DNA from: an uncultured Bacilli bacterium
Lineage (GTDB): Bacteria > Bacillota_I > Bacilli_A > RF39 > UBA660
Direction of reading: 5' to 3'
Assembly (NCBI GenBank): GCA_934168005.1
Contig: CAKPMN010000002.1
Coordinates: 13,876 to 77,875 of the forward strand
Length of the DNA: 64,000 nt
The notes below the pieces were generated by a model. It was given only the letters and a program-made list of their open reading frames with translations, had not been told where the DNA came from and did no database searches. Below, in pieces: positions 18,757 to 28,385 of this stretch. A program made the position numbers and the translations under genes. Within the stretch, counting starts at the first letter, position 1. Each line of letters opens with the position of its first letter.

Positions 18757-19577
18757 ATAATTTAAGCTATACATATAAAAATACTGATAAAGAAGTATTA
18801 AAAGATATTACATGTAAAATAAAACAAGGAGAAATAACATGTATAATAGGTAAAAACGGTAGTGGAAAAACAACTTTTTTAGAACTGTTAGCAAATTTAA
18901 GAATACCAACCGAAGGAGAAATTAAGTATCAAAAATATAGTATAAATAAAGATAGTAGTTTATTAGGACATGATTTTTGGTTTGAAGTATCATACTGTTC
19001 TATCAGCAATGATAATCTATTAAATACATCCATAAGAGACAATTTTATGTTGAGACTAAAGCAATTTAATTATAATGCATCAAAGATAAAAGAAAGAGTA
19101 ATAAATTCATTAAAAATGTTAGAATTGGATGAATCATATTTAGAAAAGAATGTAAAAGACTTATCACATGGAGAAAAACTAAAAATTCAAATAGCATATT
19201 CGTTACTTCAAAATCCTAAAGTACTTTTAATTAACAATCCAACAGTATCACTAGATGAAAAAGGAACAAAAAATTTAATAAGAATTATTAAATTATTAAA
19301 AAGAAGATACAATAAAACAATTGTTATCGCAACAAATGATATGGAATTTGTAAATAAAATAGCAGACAGAGTAATTCTATTAGATAAAACAAAAATAGTA
19401 TTAGATGATGGTAAATACGAAGTATTTAAGCAAGAAGATAAAATAAAAAAATTAAACATTCTTCCTCCAAAAACAATTGCTTTTTCAAATAAAGTATTAA
19501 AAGAAAAGAACATAAAAATAGGATATAGAGATGAAATAAATGATTTAATAAAAGATATTTATAGATATGTTAAGTAG
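18747..19577 (+). CDS. ABC-ATPase-like protein with degenerate catalytic motifs (LSHGEK; Walker B LLINNPT; H-loop His to Asn)
   Basis: Walker A GKNGSGKTT intact. Walker B acidic pair replaced by NN. Overlaps the previous ORF by 10 nt. Confidence 0.55.
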   Translation: MEINNLSYTYKNTDKEVLKDITCKIKQGEITCIIGKNGSGKTTFLELLANLRIPTEGEIKYQKYSINKDSSLLGHDFWFEVSYCSISNDNLLNTSIRDNFMLRLKQFNYNASKIKERVINSLKMLELDESYLEKNVKDLSHGEKLKIQIAYSLLQNPKVLLINNPTVSLDEKGTKNLIRIIKLLKRRYNKTIVIATNDMEFVNKIADRVILLDKTKIVLDDGKYEVFKQEDKIKKLNILPPKTIAFSNKVLKEKNIKIGYRDEINDLIKDIYRYVK

Positions 19578-19584
19578 GTGAACT

Positions 19585-20316
19585 ATGAGATATTTAATGA
19601 CTTTTTCATATGATGGAACTAACTTTAGTGGATATCAAATTCAAAACAATAAAAGGACAATAGAAGAAGAAATAGAAAAACAACTAACAAAAATAAATCA
19701 TAATGAAAATATAAGAATTATCGCATCAGGAAGAACAGATGCACATGTACATGCGTTGAGTCAAAAGGCCCATTTTGATATGGATAATATATCAGAATAT
19801 GATCTGAAGTTAAAATTAAATAAAATGCTTCCTCAAGACATATACATAAAAAATATAGAAAAAGTAGATAAAAACTTTCATGCTAGATATAACTCTAAGG
19901 AGAAAGAATATATTTATAAAATCAATTTAGGTGAATATAATCCTTTAGAAGTTAATTATGTGTATCAATATAATAAAGATTTGAACATAAAAAATATGAT
20001 TGAAGTATCAGAAATATTGAAAGGCACACATGATTTTACTTCATTCACAGCTTCATCAGGAAAAAAGGAAAATATGGTAAGAACAATAACAAATATAACA
20101 TTTAATATGGAAAATAATGTATTAATAATATCATTTAAAGGTAATGGTTTTTTAAGATACCAAGTAAGAAATATGGTAAGTATATTAGTAGAAGCAGGAG
20201 AAAATAAAAAAACAAAAGAAGAAGTTAAAGAAATATTAGATTCAAAAGATAGAAAAAATGCTTCAAAAACATTTTCTCCAGTTGGTCTGTACCTAAAAGA
20301 AGTTAAATATTTGTAA
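19585..20316 (+). CDS. truA: tRNA pseudouridine(38-40) synthase TruA
   Basis: SGRTDAHVHAL catalytic motif. Conserved position upstream of rplM-rpsI. Confidence 0.9.
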   Translation: MRYLMTFSYDGTNFSGYQIQNNKRTIEEEIEKQLTKINHNENIRIIASGRTDAHVHALSQKAHFDMDNISEYDLKLKLNKMLPQDIYIKNIEKVDKNFHARYNSKEKEYIYKINLGEYNPLEVNYVYQYNKDLNIKNMIEVSEILKGTHDFTSFTASSGKKENMVRTITNITFNMENNVLIISFKGNGFLRYQVRNMVSILVEAGENKKTKEEVKEILDSKDRKNASKTFSPVGLYLKEVKYL

Positions 20317-20455
20317 ATAAATTCAAGAATAAGTTATTTTTCTTGACTTTTTGTATTCTTTTTAATATAATTTTAATTGGTACATTTTTAATTATCCCAT
20401 ATATAGTTATTGCTGGGAACAATAACTAGAATCTATTTTAGAAGGGAAATGAGTT

Positions 20456-20890
20456 ATGAAAGATACATATATGCCAACAAAAGCAACTATCGAACGTAAT
20501 TGGTATGTAATTGACGCTGAAGGTGAAAATCTTGGACGTTTAGCTGTTAAAGCAGCAAATATCTTGAGAGGAAAACATAAGCCAACTTATACACCAAATA
20601 TGGACTGTGGAGATTACGTTATAGTAATTAATGCATCAAAAATCAATTTAACTGGAAACAAATTAGAAGATAAAATCTATTATGATCACAGTGGATACAC
20701 TGGAGGATTAAGAGAAAGAACAGCTAAAGTTATGAAAGAATCATATCCAGAAGAAATGATCGAAAGAGCAGTTAAAGGTATGCTTCCAAAAGGAAGACTT
20801 GGACGTCAAATGTACAAAAAATTATTTGTTTATGCAGGTAGTGAACATCCACATCAAGCTCAACAACCTGTTGAGATGAAAGTTAAATAA
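20456..20890 (+). CDS. rplM: 50S ribosomal protein L13
   Basis: [18 protein letters not shown]...[13 protein letters not shown]. Confidence 0.95.
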   Translation: MKDTYMPTKATIERNWYVIDAEGENLGRLAVKAANILRGKHKPTYTPNMDCGDYVIVINASKINLTGNKLEDKIYYDHSGYTGGLRERTAKVMKESYPEEMIERAVKGMLPKGRLGRQMYKKLFVYAGSEHPHQAQQPVEMKVK

Positions 20891-20902
20891 GGAGGGTTTT
20901 AA

Positions 20903-21322
20903 ATGGCTAACAATAAAGTTTATACCGGAACAGGTAGAAGAAAATCATCTATCGCACAAGTAAAAATGGTTCCTGGAAAAGGAAAAATAACTGTAAATGG
21001 TAGAGATGTAAATGAATTCTTTCCATACGAAACAAACGTTATGGATTTAAAACAACCTTTAGTAGCTACAGATACTGTTGAAACATTTGATATTGACGTA
21101 AAAGTAAACGGTGGTGGGTTCACTGGTCAAACTGGTGCTATCCGTCTTGGAATAACAAGAGCTTTATTAGATTATGATAAAGATAATGATCCAACAAGCG
21201 AAACAAGCTTTAGAAAAATTCTAAAGAGAGCTGGATTTGTTACTAGAGATGCAAGAATTAAAGAACGTAAGAAACCAGGTTTAAAAGCTGCACGTCGTGC
21301 TCCACAATTTTCAAAAAGATAG
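20903..21322 (+). CDS. rpsI: 30S ribosomal protein S9
   Basis: [21 protein letters not shown]...[25 protein letters not shown]. Confidence 0.95.
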   Translation: MANNKVYTGTGRRKSSIAQVKMVPGKGKITVNGRDVNEFFPYETNVMDLKQPLVATDTVETFDIDVKVNGGGFTGQTGAIRLGITRALLDYDKDNDPTSETSFRKILKRAGFVTRDARIKERKKPGLKAARRAPQFSKR

Positions 21323-21415
21323 TATGTATCAAAAAGCCATTTATTTGGCTTTTTTTCATCTACAAGTAATTTAATAAAAATAATATGTTATAATAAAAAA
21401 GAAATTATATAAAGT

Positions 21416-22312
21416 TTGGAGAGAAATATGAAAATAAGTAACGAATGGAAAGATTATATTTGCCTAGATGCAGGTGATGGAGAAAAACTGGAGTCTTGGA
21501 ATGGAATAATTTTAAGAAGACCAGATCCACAAGCAATATGGAAAGTTGAAAAAAACAACATGTGGAAAAATGTAGACGGACATTATCATAGAAGTACTAC
21601 AGGTGGAGGTTCATGGGAATATAAGAAAAACATAAAAGAATCTTGGACAGTAAGCTATAAAGATCTAGTTTTTAAAATAGCCCCAACACCATTTAAACAT
21701 ACAGGATTATTTCCAGAACAAGCAATTAACTGGGATTATATGATAGATAAAATAAGAAAATCAAATGGAGATGTAAAAGTATTAAATCTTTTCGCCTATA
21801 CAGGAGGGGCAACAATGGCATGTTCATATGCTGGAGCAGAAGAAGTAGTTCATGTTGATTCCTCAAAAGGAATGATAGAATGGGCTAAAGAAAACATGAG
21901 ATTATCAAATTTAGAAAATAACCATATCAGATTTATTCAAGATGACTGTTTGAAATTTGTGGAAAGAGAAAAAAGAAGAGGAAGAAAATACGATTGTATA
22001 ATCATGGATCCACCATCATACGGGAGAGGGCCAAATGGAGAAGTATGGAAATTTGAAGATAGCGTATATAAACTTATAGATGCGTGTATGGATATATTAA
22101 GTGATGACCCACTATTTTTTACAGTAAATTCATATACAACAGGAATATCTCCAATAGTTCTAGACAATATCTTAACAACAACTATATTAAAGAAATACCC
22201 AAATGGAGTAGTAGAAGCAGGAGAAGTTGGACTTCCTATAAAAAGAGATAATTTAATACTACCATGTGGTATATATGGTAGATGGGAAAAAAATAACAAT
22301 ACCGACAATTAG
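21416..22312 (+). CDS. Class I SAM-dependent methyltransferase (YbaJ/RlmI-like)
   Basis: LNLFAYTGGATMA...VHVDSS...DCIIMDPPSYGRG. Same position as the B. subtilis ybaJ methyltransferase between rpsI and cwlD. Confidence 0.7.
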   Translation: MERNMKISNEWKDYICLDAGDGEKLESWNGIILRRPDPQAIWKVEKNNMWKNVDGHYHRSTTGGGSWEYKKNIKESWTVSYKDLVFKIAPTPFKHTGLFPEQAINWDYMIDKIRKSNGDVKVLNLFAYTGGATMACSYAGAEEVVHVDSSKGMIEWAKENMRLSNLENNHIRFIQDDCLKFVEREKRRGRKYDCIIMDPPSYGRGPNGEVWKFEDSVYKLIDACMDILSDDPLFFTVNSYTTGISPIVLDNILTTTILKKYPNGVVEAGEVGLPIKRDNLILPCGIYGRWEKNNNTDN

Positions 22313-22362
22313 TAATAAATAATAAAAATGAAAAAGAAACATATAGTTAAATAGGTGATAAT

Positions 22363-23025
22363 ATGTCAAAAAAACTATATATTTCTTTTTTTATTGTATT
22401 AATAATTTTTCAATTCATAGTAATAAAATCATTTAAAGCTTTAGAAAAAAATGATTTTCCACTATTAGGTATAACTATTTATTTAGATCCAGGTCATGGT
22501 GGAATTGATAGTGGTACAACATATAAAGATATATACGAAAAAGATATTAATTTATCAATATCAAAAAAAATAAGAACCTATTTAGAAAAGGAAGGCGCAA
22601 CAGTATATTTAACTCGAGATGGAGATTACGATATATCGGTACCAGGATCAACCAATAAAAAAAGAAGCGATCTAACAAAAAGAAGCGAATTAATAAATAG
22701 GTCAAAATGTAATTTATTTATATCAATTCACCAAAATTCAGATACATCATCAACATGGAGAGGGCCACAAGTATTTTATACACATGATTACAATAAAAAA
22801 ATAGCAGAATTATTTCAAGAAGAAATGAATAAGAAATTAAAAGGTGATAGAAAAGCTAAAGAAGTAAATTCGTTATTTTTACTTAATAAAATTAATGTTA
22901 AAGGAATACTCTTAGAAACAGGTTTCTTAAGTAATAGTCAGGATAGATATTTATTAAGACAAGAAGAATATCAAAATAAAATAGCATTTGTTGTAACTAA
23001 CACGGTAAAAAAGATATTTAATTAA
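22363..23025 (+). CDS. cwlD: Germination-specific N-acetylmuramoyl-L-alanine amidase CwlD
   Basis: N-terminal TM, IYLDPGHGGIDSG, FISIHQNS, LLETGFLSN (Amidase_3). Conserved synteny after rpsI. Confidence 0.8.
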   Translation: MSKKLYISFFIVLIIFQFIVIKSFKALEKNDFPLLGITIYLDPGHGGIDSGTTYKDIYEKDINLSISKKIRTYLEKEGATVYLTRDGDYDISVPGSTNKKRSDLTKRSELINRSKCNLFISIHQNSDTSSTWRGPQVFYTHDYNKKIAELFQEEMNKKLKGDRKAKEVNSLFLLNKINVKGILLETGFLSNSQDRYLLRQEEYQNKIAFVVTNTVKKIFN

Positions 23026-23107
23026 AATAAAAGTGAAGCTTATGTGAAATTTGATAAAATTTATATAAAGTGTGGTATAATTACTTTGATGATAAGGAGA
23101 GATCTCT

Positions 23108-24040
23108 ATGTCAAAGAAGGTATTTAGAAGTTTAGACGAGCAAATTGAAATTTTAAAGTCTAAAGGTTTAGTAATAGAAGATGAGCAATTAGCAAAAGAA
23201 ATATTATTTCGCGAAAATTACTTTTTTATAAGTGGATATCGCCACTTATTCATGCGTTCGTTTCATGATAGACAGTTTATAGAAGGAACAACATTTGATG
23301 AACTATATACAACATTTTTATTTGATAGAAAAATAAGAAATATAATGTTTCAGTATATATTAGTTGTTGAAAACAATGTTAAATCAATAGTTAGTTATCA
23401 ACTATCAAAAAAATATGGTATAAAAGAGAAAGACTATTTAAATCCAAAAAACTTTACTCAAGATAGATTAAAGCAAAGACAAGTTCACGATATAATAGAA
23501 AAAATGAAAAGACAAATCAGAGTTAATGGTAGACAACACACAGCAACAATGCACTACATAGATAATTATGGTTATATACCATTATGGATATTAGTTAAAG
23601 TCTTATCATTTGGAATATTATCAGAATTTTATAACATATTAAAAAGTGAAGATGCACTAGCTATAGCTGATATATACAACATAGAAATAGAAGAGATGAG
23701 TATATATTTATCAATACTTGCAAATTTTAGAAATTTATGTGCTCATGAAGACATTTTATATGATCATAGAACACAAAGAGAAATTCCAGATACAAAATAT
23801 CATCATTTTTTAAATATAGAAATGACAGATGATCATTATAATTATGGGAAAAATGATTTGTTTGCCGTTATCATTATAATGAAAAGAATGCTAACAAAAG
23901 ATGAATTTAATGACTTTTTATTCCAAATAGGATATGAAATAGATATTCTAGAAAGTTCTATAAAAAGTGTCCCAGCATCACTTATCTTAAACAAAATAGG
24001 ATTTCCTGATAACTGGAGACAAATAACAGAAATAGATTAG
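23108..24040 (+). CDS. Abi_2-family abortive-infection protein (AbiD/AbiF-like)
   Basis: N-terminus SLDEQIEILKSKGLVIEDEQLAKEILFRENYFFISGYRHLF matches the Abi_2 family signature. Confidence 0.75.
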   Translation: MSKKVFRSLDEQIEILKSKGLVIEDEQLAKEILFRENYFFISGYRHLFMRSFHDRQFIEGTTFDELYTTFLFDRKIRNIMFQYILVVENNVKSIVSYQLSKKYGIKEKDYLNPKNFTQDRLKQRQVHDIIEKMKRQIRVNGRQHTATMHYIDNYGYIPLWILVKVLSFGILSEFYNILKSEDALAIADIYNIEIEEMSIYLSILANFRNLCAHEDILYDHRTQREIPDTKYHHFLNIEMTDDHYNYGKNDLFAVIIIMKRMLTKDEFNDFLFQIGYEIDILESSIKSVPASLILNKIGFPDNWRQITEID

Positions 24041-24048
24041 GAGGAAAT

Positions 24049-25161
24049 ATGAAGGATAAGAAAAAAATAGTAATCATTATAATAATATTAATTCTAATAC
24101 TAACAGGATATTATGTTTACAAAAAAGACTTGTTAAGTAAACTCTTTAAAGAAAAAGTAACAACAGTAACAAATAAAGAAGTTACAGTAACAGATAAAGG
24201 AATAGCAGACGCAGTAGACAAGCTATATGATGCTACTGTAATAGTTGAAGTCGGAAACAATAGCGATCAAATATCAGGATGGGGAAGTGGTTTTGTATAT
24301 AAGACAGACTCAAAATACGGGTACATATTAACAAACCATCATGTCATTGAAGATGCGAGATATATAAAAGTAGTAAGTACAAATGAAAAAGAAGTAGAAG
24401 GAACACTTATAGGAAGCGATAAATATATGGATGTTGCAGTAGTAAGGGTTCCATTAGATAGTGTACAAAAGGTCGCATCAATTGGAAAAAGTGAGGATTT
24501 AAGACTTGGAGATACTGTATTTACAGTTGGAACACCAGTAAGTACAAACTATTCATTTACAGTAACAAGAGGAATATTAAGTGGTAAAAACAGATTATGT
24601 GAAATGTCATCTTCAAATAATCAGTTATATCAATATAGTCAAGAATCTTGGTATATAAATTTACTTCAAATAGATGCATCAATAAATGGAGGTAATTCAG
24701 GAGGCCCATTAGCTAACTCAAATGGAGAAGTAGTAGGTATTACAAATAGTAAATTAACAAGCTATTATTCTAGCTCTACAATTGAAAATATGGCTTTTGC
24801 AATTCCAATAGAAGATGCAATAAATGTAGCAGAACAATTATTGGAAGATGGAGAAGTAACAAGACCATTACTTGGCGTTTCAACAGCAGAAGTTGATGCT
24901 GCTGTATCTGCTGGATTAATATCAAATTCTAATTCTAAGGGAGCAGTAGTTGTAAAAGTAGCTGACGATTCAGTCGCAGATAAAGCTGGATTAGAAGAAG
25001 GGGATATTATCTTAAAATTAGGAGACTATGAAGTAACTAATACTAAGTATTTAAAATATTATTTATATCGTTATAATGTTGGTGAAACTGTTAAAATAAC
25101 ATACCAAAGAAATGGTAAATCAAAAACAGTAGACGTAAAATTAACAGATGAAGCAAAATAA
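24049..25161 (+). CDS. htrA: HtrA/DegP-family serine protease with C-terminal PDZ domain
   Basis: N-terminal TM. Catalytic H (TNHHVIE), D, S (GNSGGPL). PDZ-like GLEEGDIILKLGD. Confidence 0.85.
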   Translation: MKDKKKIVIIIIILILILTGYYVYKKDLLSKLFKEKVTTVTNKEVTVTDKGIADAVDKLYDATVIVEVGNNSDQISGWGSGFVYKTDSKYGYILTNHHVIEDARYIKVVSTNEKEVEGTLIGSDKYMDVAVVRVPLDSVQKVASIGKSEDLRLGDTVFTVGTPVSTNYSFTVTRGILSGKNRLCEMSSSNNQLYQYSQESWYINLLQIDASINGGNSGGPLANSNGEVVGITNSKLTSYYSSSTIENMAFAIPIEDAINVAEQLLEDGEVTRPLLGVSTAEVDAAVSAGLISNSNSKGAVVVKVADDSVADKAGLEEGDIILKLGDYEVTNTKYLKYYLYRYNVGETVKITYQRNGKSKTVDVKLTDEAK

Positions 25162-25223
25162 GATGGATAACATCTTATTTTTTGTTCCTAAATATAAAGA
25201 ATAATCATAAAATTTTATGAGGA

Positions 25224-26432
25224 GTGATAAAATTGACGAAAATTGTAATAGATCCAGGTCATGGTGGTAGTGACAACGGAGCAAGTGGTAATGGGATTAT
25301 TGAAAAAAATCTAACATTAGATATATCAAAATATATGTATGATCAGTTTGATAAGTTAGGTATTCCAGTAAGTATAACAAGGACAACAGATGAAACATTG
25401 ACCCCAACAGAAAGAGTAGAAAGAATACTAGCGCCATATGGAAATAGTTCCGATGTGATTATAATATCAAATCACATAAATGCCGGAGGTGGTGATGGTG
25501 CAGAAGTAATATATGCATTAAGAAATAATGGCACATTAGCTAATAAAGTTTTAGAAGAAATTCGTCTGGCAGGTCAAAATGTAAGAAAAGCATACCAAAG
25601 GAGATTACCAAGTGATACATCAAAAGACTATTATTTCATACACAGAAATACAGGAATTACAGAACCAATAATAGTAGAATATGGTTTTTTGGATAGTACA
25701 TCAGATGATGTCAGCCAATTAAAGAATAATTGGAGAGATTATGTAGATGCTGTTGTAAGAGGAGTTGCAGATTACACAGGGGTTGCCTATGATCAAGATG
25801 TAGAAGGAATATATGTAGTAAAAAGTGGAGATACGTTATACTCAATAGCTAGAAAATACAACACAACAGTAGATGAAATAAAAAGATTAAATGATTTGAC
25901 TTCAAACACATTAACAATAGGAACAAAGCTTATAGTTCCAACAGAAAAAGAAGATGAATCAAAAGGAACTTATGTGGTTAAAGCAGGAGATACATTATAT
26001 AAAATAGCAAATGCTAACAACGTAACAGTAGCGGACATAATAAATGCTAATAATTTAACAAGTAATGTACTAAGTATAGGTCAAAAACTAATAATTCCAT
26101 CAAAAAATCAAAATGTGCCAGATTCAAATTACATAAACCATACAGTAATAAAAGGAGATAATTTATATTCAATAGCTAGAAAGTATAACACAACAGTCCA
26201 AGAATTAATGAATATAAATAATCTAAAAAGCAATTTACTAAGTATAGGTCAAGTAATTAAAGTTCCAAAAACAACAAGCGATTCAAATACATCAAACAAT
26301 GTTTACACAGTAAAATCCGGGGATACACTTTACAGTATAGCCCGTAAATTTGGAAAAACAGTATCTGATATACAGAAAAATAATAATCTGTCTACAACAA
26401 CACTATCAATAGGTCAAGAATTAATAATATAA
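25224..26432 (+). CDS. N-acetylmuramoyl-L-alanine amidase (Amidase_3) with four C-terminal LysM repeats
   Basis: VIDPGHGGSDNG. Four repeats of YxVKxGDTLYSIARKYNTTVxEL..NNL...L.IGQ. Confidence 0.85.
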   Translation: MIKLTKIVIDPGHGGSDNGASGNGIIEKNLTLDISKYMYDQFDKLGIPVSITRTTDETLTPTERVERILAPYGNSSDVIIISNHINAGGGDGAEVIYALRNNGTLANKVLEEIRLAGQNVRKAYQRRLPSDTSKDYYFIHRNTGITEPIIVEYGFLDSTSDDVSQLKNNWRDYVDAVVRGVADYTGVAYDQDVEGIYVVKSGDTLYSIARKYNTTVDEIKRLNDLTSNTLTIGTKLIVPTEKEDESKGTYVVKAGDTLYKIANANNVTVADIINANNLTSNVLSIGQKLIIPSKNQNVPDSNYINHTVIKGDNLYSIARKYNTTVQELMNINNLKSNLLSIGQVIKVPKTTSDSNTSNNVYTVKSGDTLYSIARKFGKTVSDIQKNNNLSTTTLSIGQELII

Positions 26433-26480
26433 TTTAATAAAATATAAAAAGCCAAGAATAAGTTTCTTGACTTTTATTTT

Positions 26481-26909
26481 TTAATGTATTTCTGGACAGA
26501 CACCGACATCTGGTTCATAAAAACAATGATTTTTATACCTTCCTGTATTTCTCTGATTCCACCAAGTGCTTTTACATGCATCATTCCCACTAGGTGCATA
26601 AAACCACAAAGCATTTGTTGCAGGATAATAATATTCTCCATTTAAAATTCTGTCAGCTAATTCACGCTCTTTAGTTGTAGGGTTAGAAAAAAACAAAGAA
26701 CTATTAGTACCAGAGAATCCACCAGGATTTTGATAAACAACATCAGAAATAGTTCTGATATCTTTAAAAGTTAAACAAGATGCCAAAGCTCTATTTAGTA
26801 TTACATTGCCAACCATAAGCATCCCTAGATTTCCTTCCCCAAGAGCCTCAGCTCTCATAAGTCTGGCAAGCAAATCTTTTTCTTTTGAAGTGTACTTTAT
26901 TATACCCAT
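26481..26909 (-). CDS. Spore cortex-lytic enzyme CwlJ/SleB-family cell wall hydrolase (Hydrolase_2 domain)
   Basis: LARLMRAEALGEG...GMLMVGNVILNR...DVVYQNPGGFSG. 142 aa, like B. subtilis CwlJ. Confidence 0.8.
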   Translation of the reverse strand: MGIIKYTSKEKDLLARLMRAEALGEGNLGMLMVGNVILNRALASCLTFKDIRTISDVVYQNPGGFSGTNSSLFFSNPTTKERELADRILNGEYYYPATNALWFYAPSGNDACKSTWWNQRNTGRYKNHCFYEPDVGVCPEIH

Positions 26910-26948
26910 ATAATCACCTATTTAATTATATTCATTCAATATCCTTCG

Positions 26949-26977
26949 TTGACAGCTTTATTAGATTATAGTATAAT
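26949..26977 (+). promoter_or_regulatory. Consensus sigma-A promoter TTGACA-17-TATAAT upstream of the pilin-like gene
   Basis: Perfect hexamers with 17-bp spacer about 25 nt upstream of the AGGAGGG RBS. Confidence 0.55.
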
Positions 26978-26999
26978 TTGATTATAAAATAGGAGGGAT

Positions 27000-27377
27000 A
27001 TGATGAATAAAAAGGGTTATACTCTAATTGAATTGTTAGCAGTATTATCAGTAATGGCTATCATTCTTTTAATTGCTATTCCTTCTATAACTAAACAACT
27101 GTCAGATATAGAAGAAAATAAGTATACACAGTTTAAACAAAATGTTTATCTAGCTGCAGAATCATATATAAACGCATATCCAACAAATTATGAAGTGTTA
27201 AAAATGGATGGTGGTACAGCTTGTATAAATATAGCAAGTCTAATAGAAGATGGATGGATAAAAAGTTCATTTTCAAATCCAAAAACAAATAAAGCTATAT
27301 CTTTAAAAAGCTCAGTAAAGGTTACAAATAATTCCGGAGAATATATTTATAGATATTATCCAGATAAATTATGTTAA
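27000..27377 (+). CDS. Type IV pilin / pseudopilin-like protein (prepilin N-terminal methylation domain)
   Basis: MMNKKG|YTLIELLAVLSVMAIILLIAIP class-III signal with Gly at -1 and Glu at +5. Confidence 0.7.
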   Translation: MMNKKGYTLIELLAVLSVMAIILLIAIPSITKQLSDIEENKYTQFKQNVYLAAESYINAYPTNYEVLKMDGGTACINIASLIEDGWIKSSFSNPKTNKAISLKSSVKVTNNSGEYIYRYYPDKLC

Positions 27378-27434
27378 ATAAAAGGTTTTAAACCTTTTTT
27401 TCTTTTTTAATAGTATAATAAAGTAGGTGATTAA

Positions 27435-28373
27435 ATGAATAAGAAAGTTGTAGTACTAGGTGGTGGGACAGGAATGTCGACCCTACTTAGAGGTTTAAAG
27501 AAATTTCCAGTTGATATAACAGCTATAGTATCAGTATGTGATGATGGAAGTAGTACAGGATTACTTAGAGAAGAATTTAATATAATAGCTGTAGGAGATA
27601 TAAGAAAAGTTATAATTGCGCTTTCAGAAACAGAACCGCTTTTTGAAAGATTATTAAATTATAGATTTTCTAAAGAAAGCACATTGAATGGGCATCCTGT
27701 AGGAAATCTTCTTTTAACAGCCTTATCAGATATAAGTGGAAATATGTCAGAGGGAATTGAAACAATAGGAAAAGTATTAAAGCTTAAAGGAAAAGTTTTA
27801 CCATTAACTGATGATAGAGTTACACTTATGGCAAAGATGAAGGATGGAGAAATTGTTGAAGGAGAACACAATATAACTGATTGTGAAAAAGTAATAGAAA
27901 AAGTATTTTATAAAGAAAATCCCAAAATAAATGATAAAGCATTACAAGCAATAGAAGAAGCTGATTTGATAATACTAAGTATGGGTAGCTTGTATACAAG
28001 TGTTATACCGAATTTACTGTCAGAAGAAATATTGAATAAGCTAGATGAAAGTAAAGCTAAGATAATGTATGTATGCAATATGATGACACAACCTGGAGAA
28101 ACAGATCACTTTAAAGTAAGCGATCATATAAATGTATTAAATAAATATCTTGGAAAAAAGAAAATAAGTGTCGTTTTAACTAATAAAGGAAGAATAAAAG
28201 AAGATATCTTAAAAGAATATGAGATAAAGGAACAAAAAGATCAAGTAGAACTAGATAGAAAAAATATTAAAAATGTTAAGATAATTGCTTCAAATTATGT
28301 TACAATAGAAAACAATGTAATTAGACACGACGCCGACAAAGTTTCTCTAGACATATTTAGCTATTTACTATAA
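27435..28373 (+). CDS. yvcK: YvcK-family (UPF0052/CofD-like) gluconeogenesis factor
   Basis: VVVLGGGTGMSTLLRGLK..ITAIVSVCDDGSSTGLLR. Conserved position upstream of whiA. Confidence 0.85.
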   Translation: MNKKVVVLGGGTGMSTLLRGLKKFPVDITAIVSVCDDGSSTGLLREEFNIIAVGDIRKVIIALSETEPLFERLLNYRFSKESTLNGHPVGNLLLTALSDISGNMSEGIETIGKVLKLKGKVLPLTDDRVTLMAKMKDGEIVEGEHNITDCEKVIEKVFYKENPKINDKALQAIEEADLIILSMGSLYTSVIPNLLSEEILNKLDESKAKIMYVCNMMTQPGETDHFKVSDHINVLNKYLGKKKISVVLTNKGRIKEDILKEYEIKEQKDQVELDRKNIKNVKIIASNYVTIENNVIRHDADKVSLDIFSYLL

Positions 28374-28385
28374 GGAGGTAATAAA

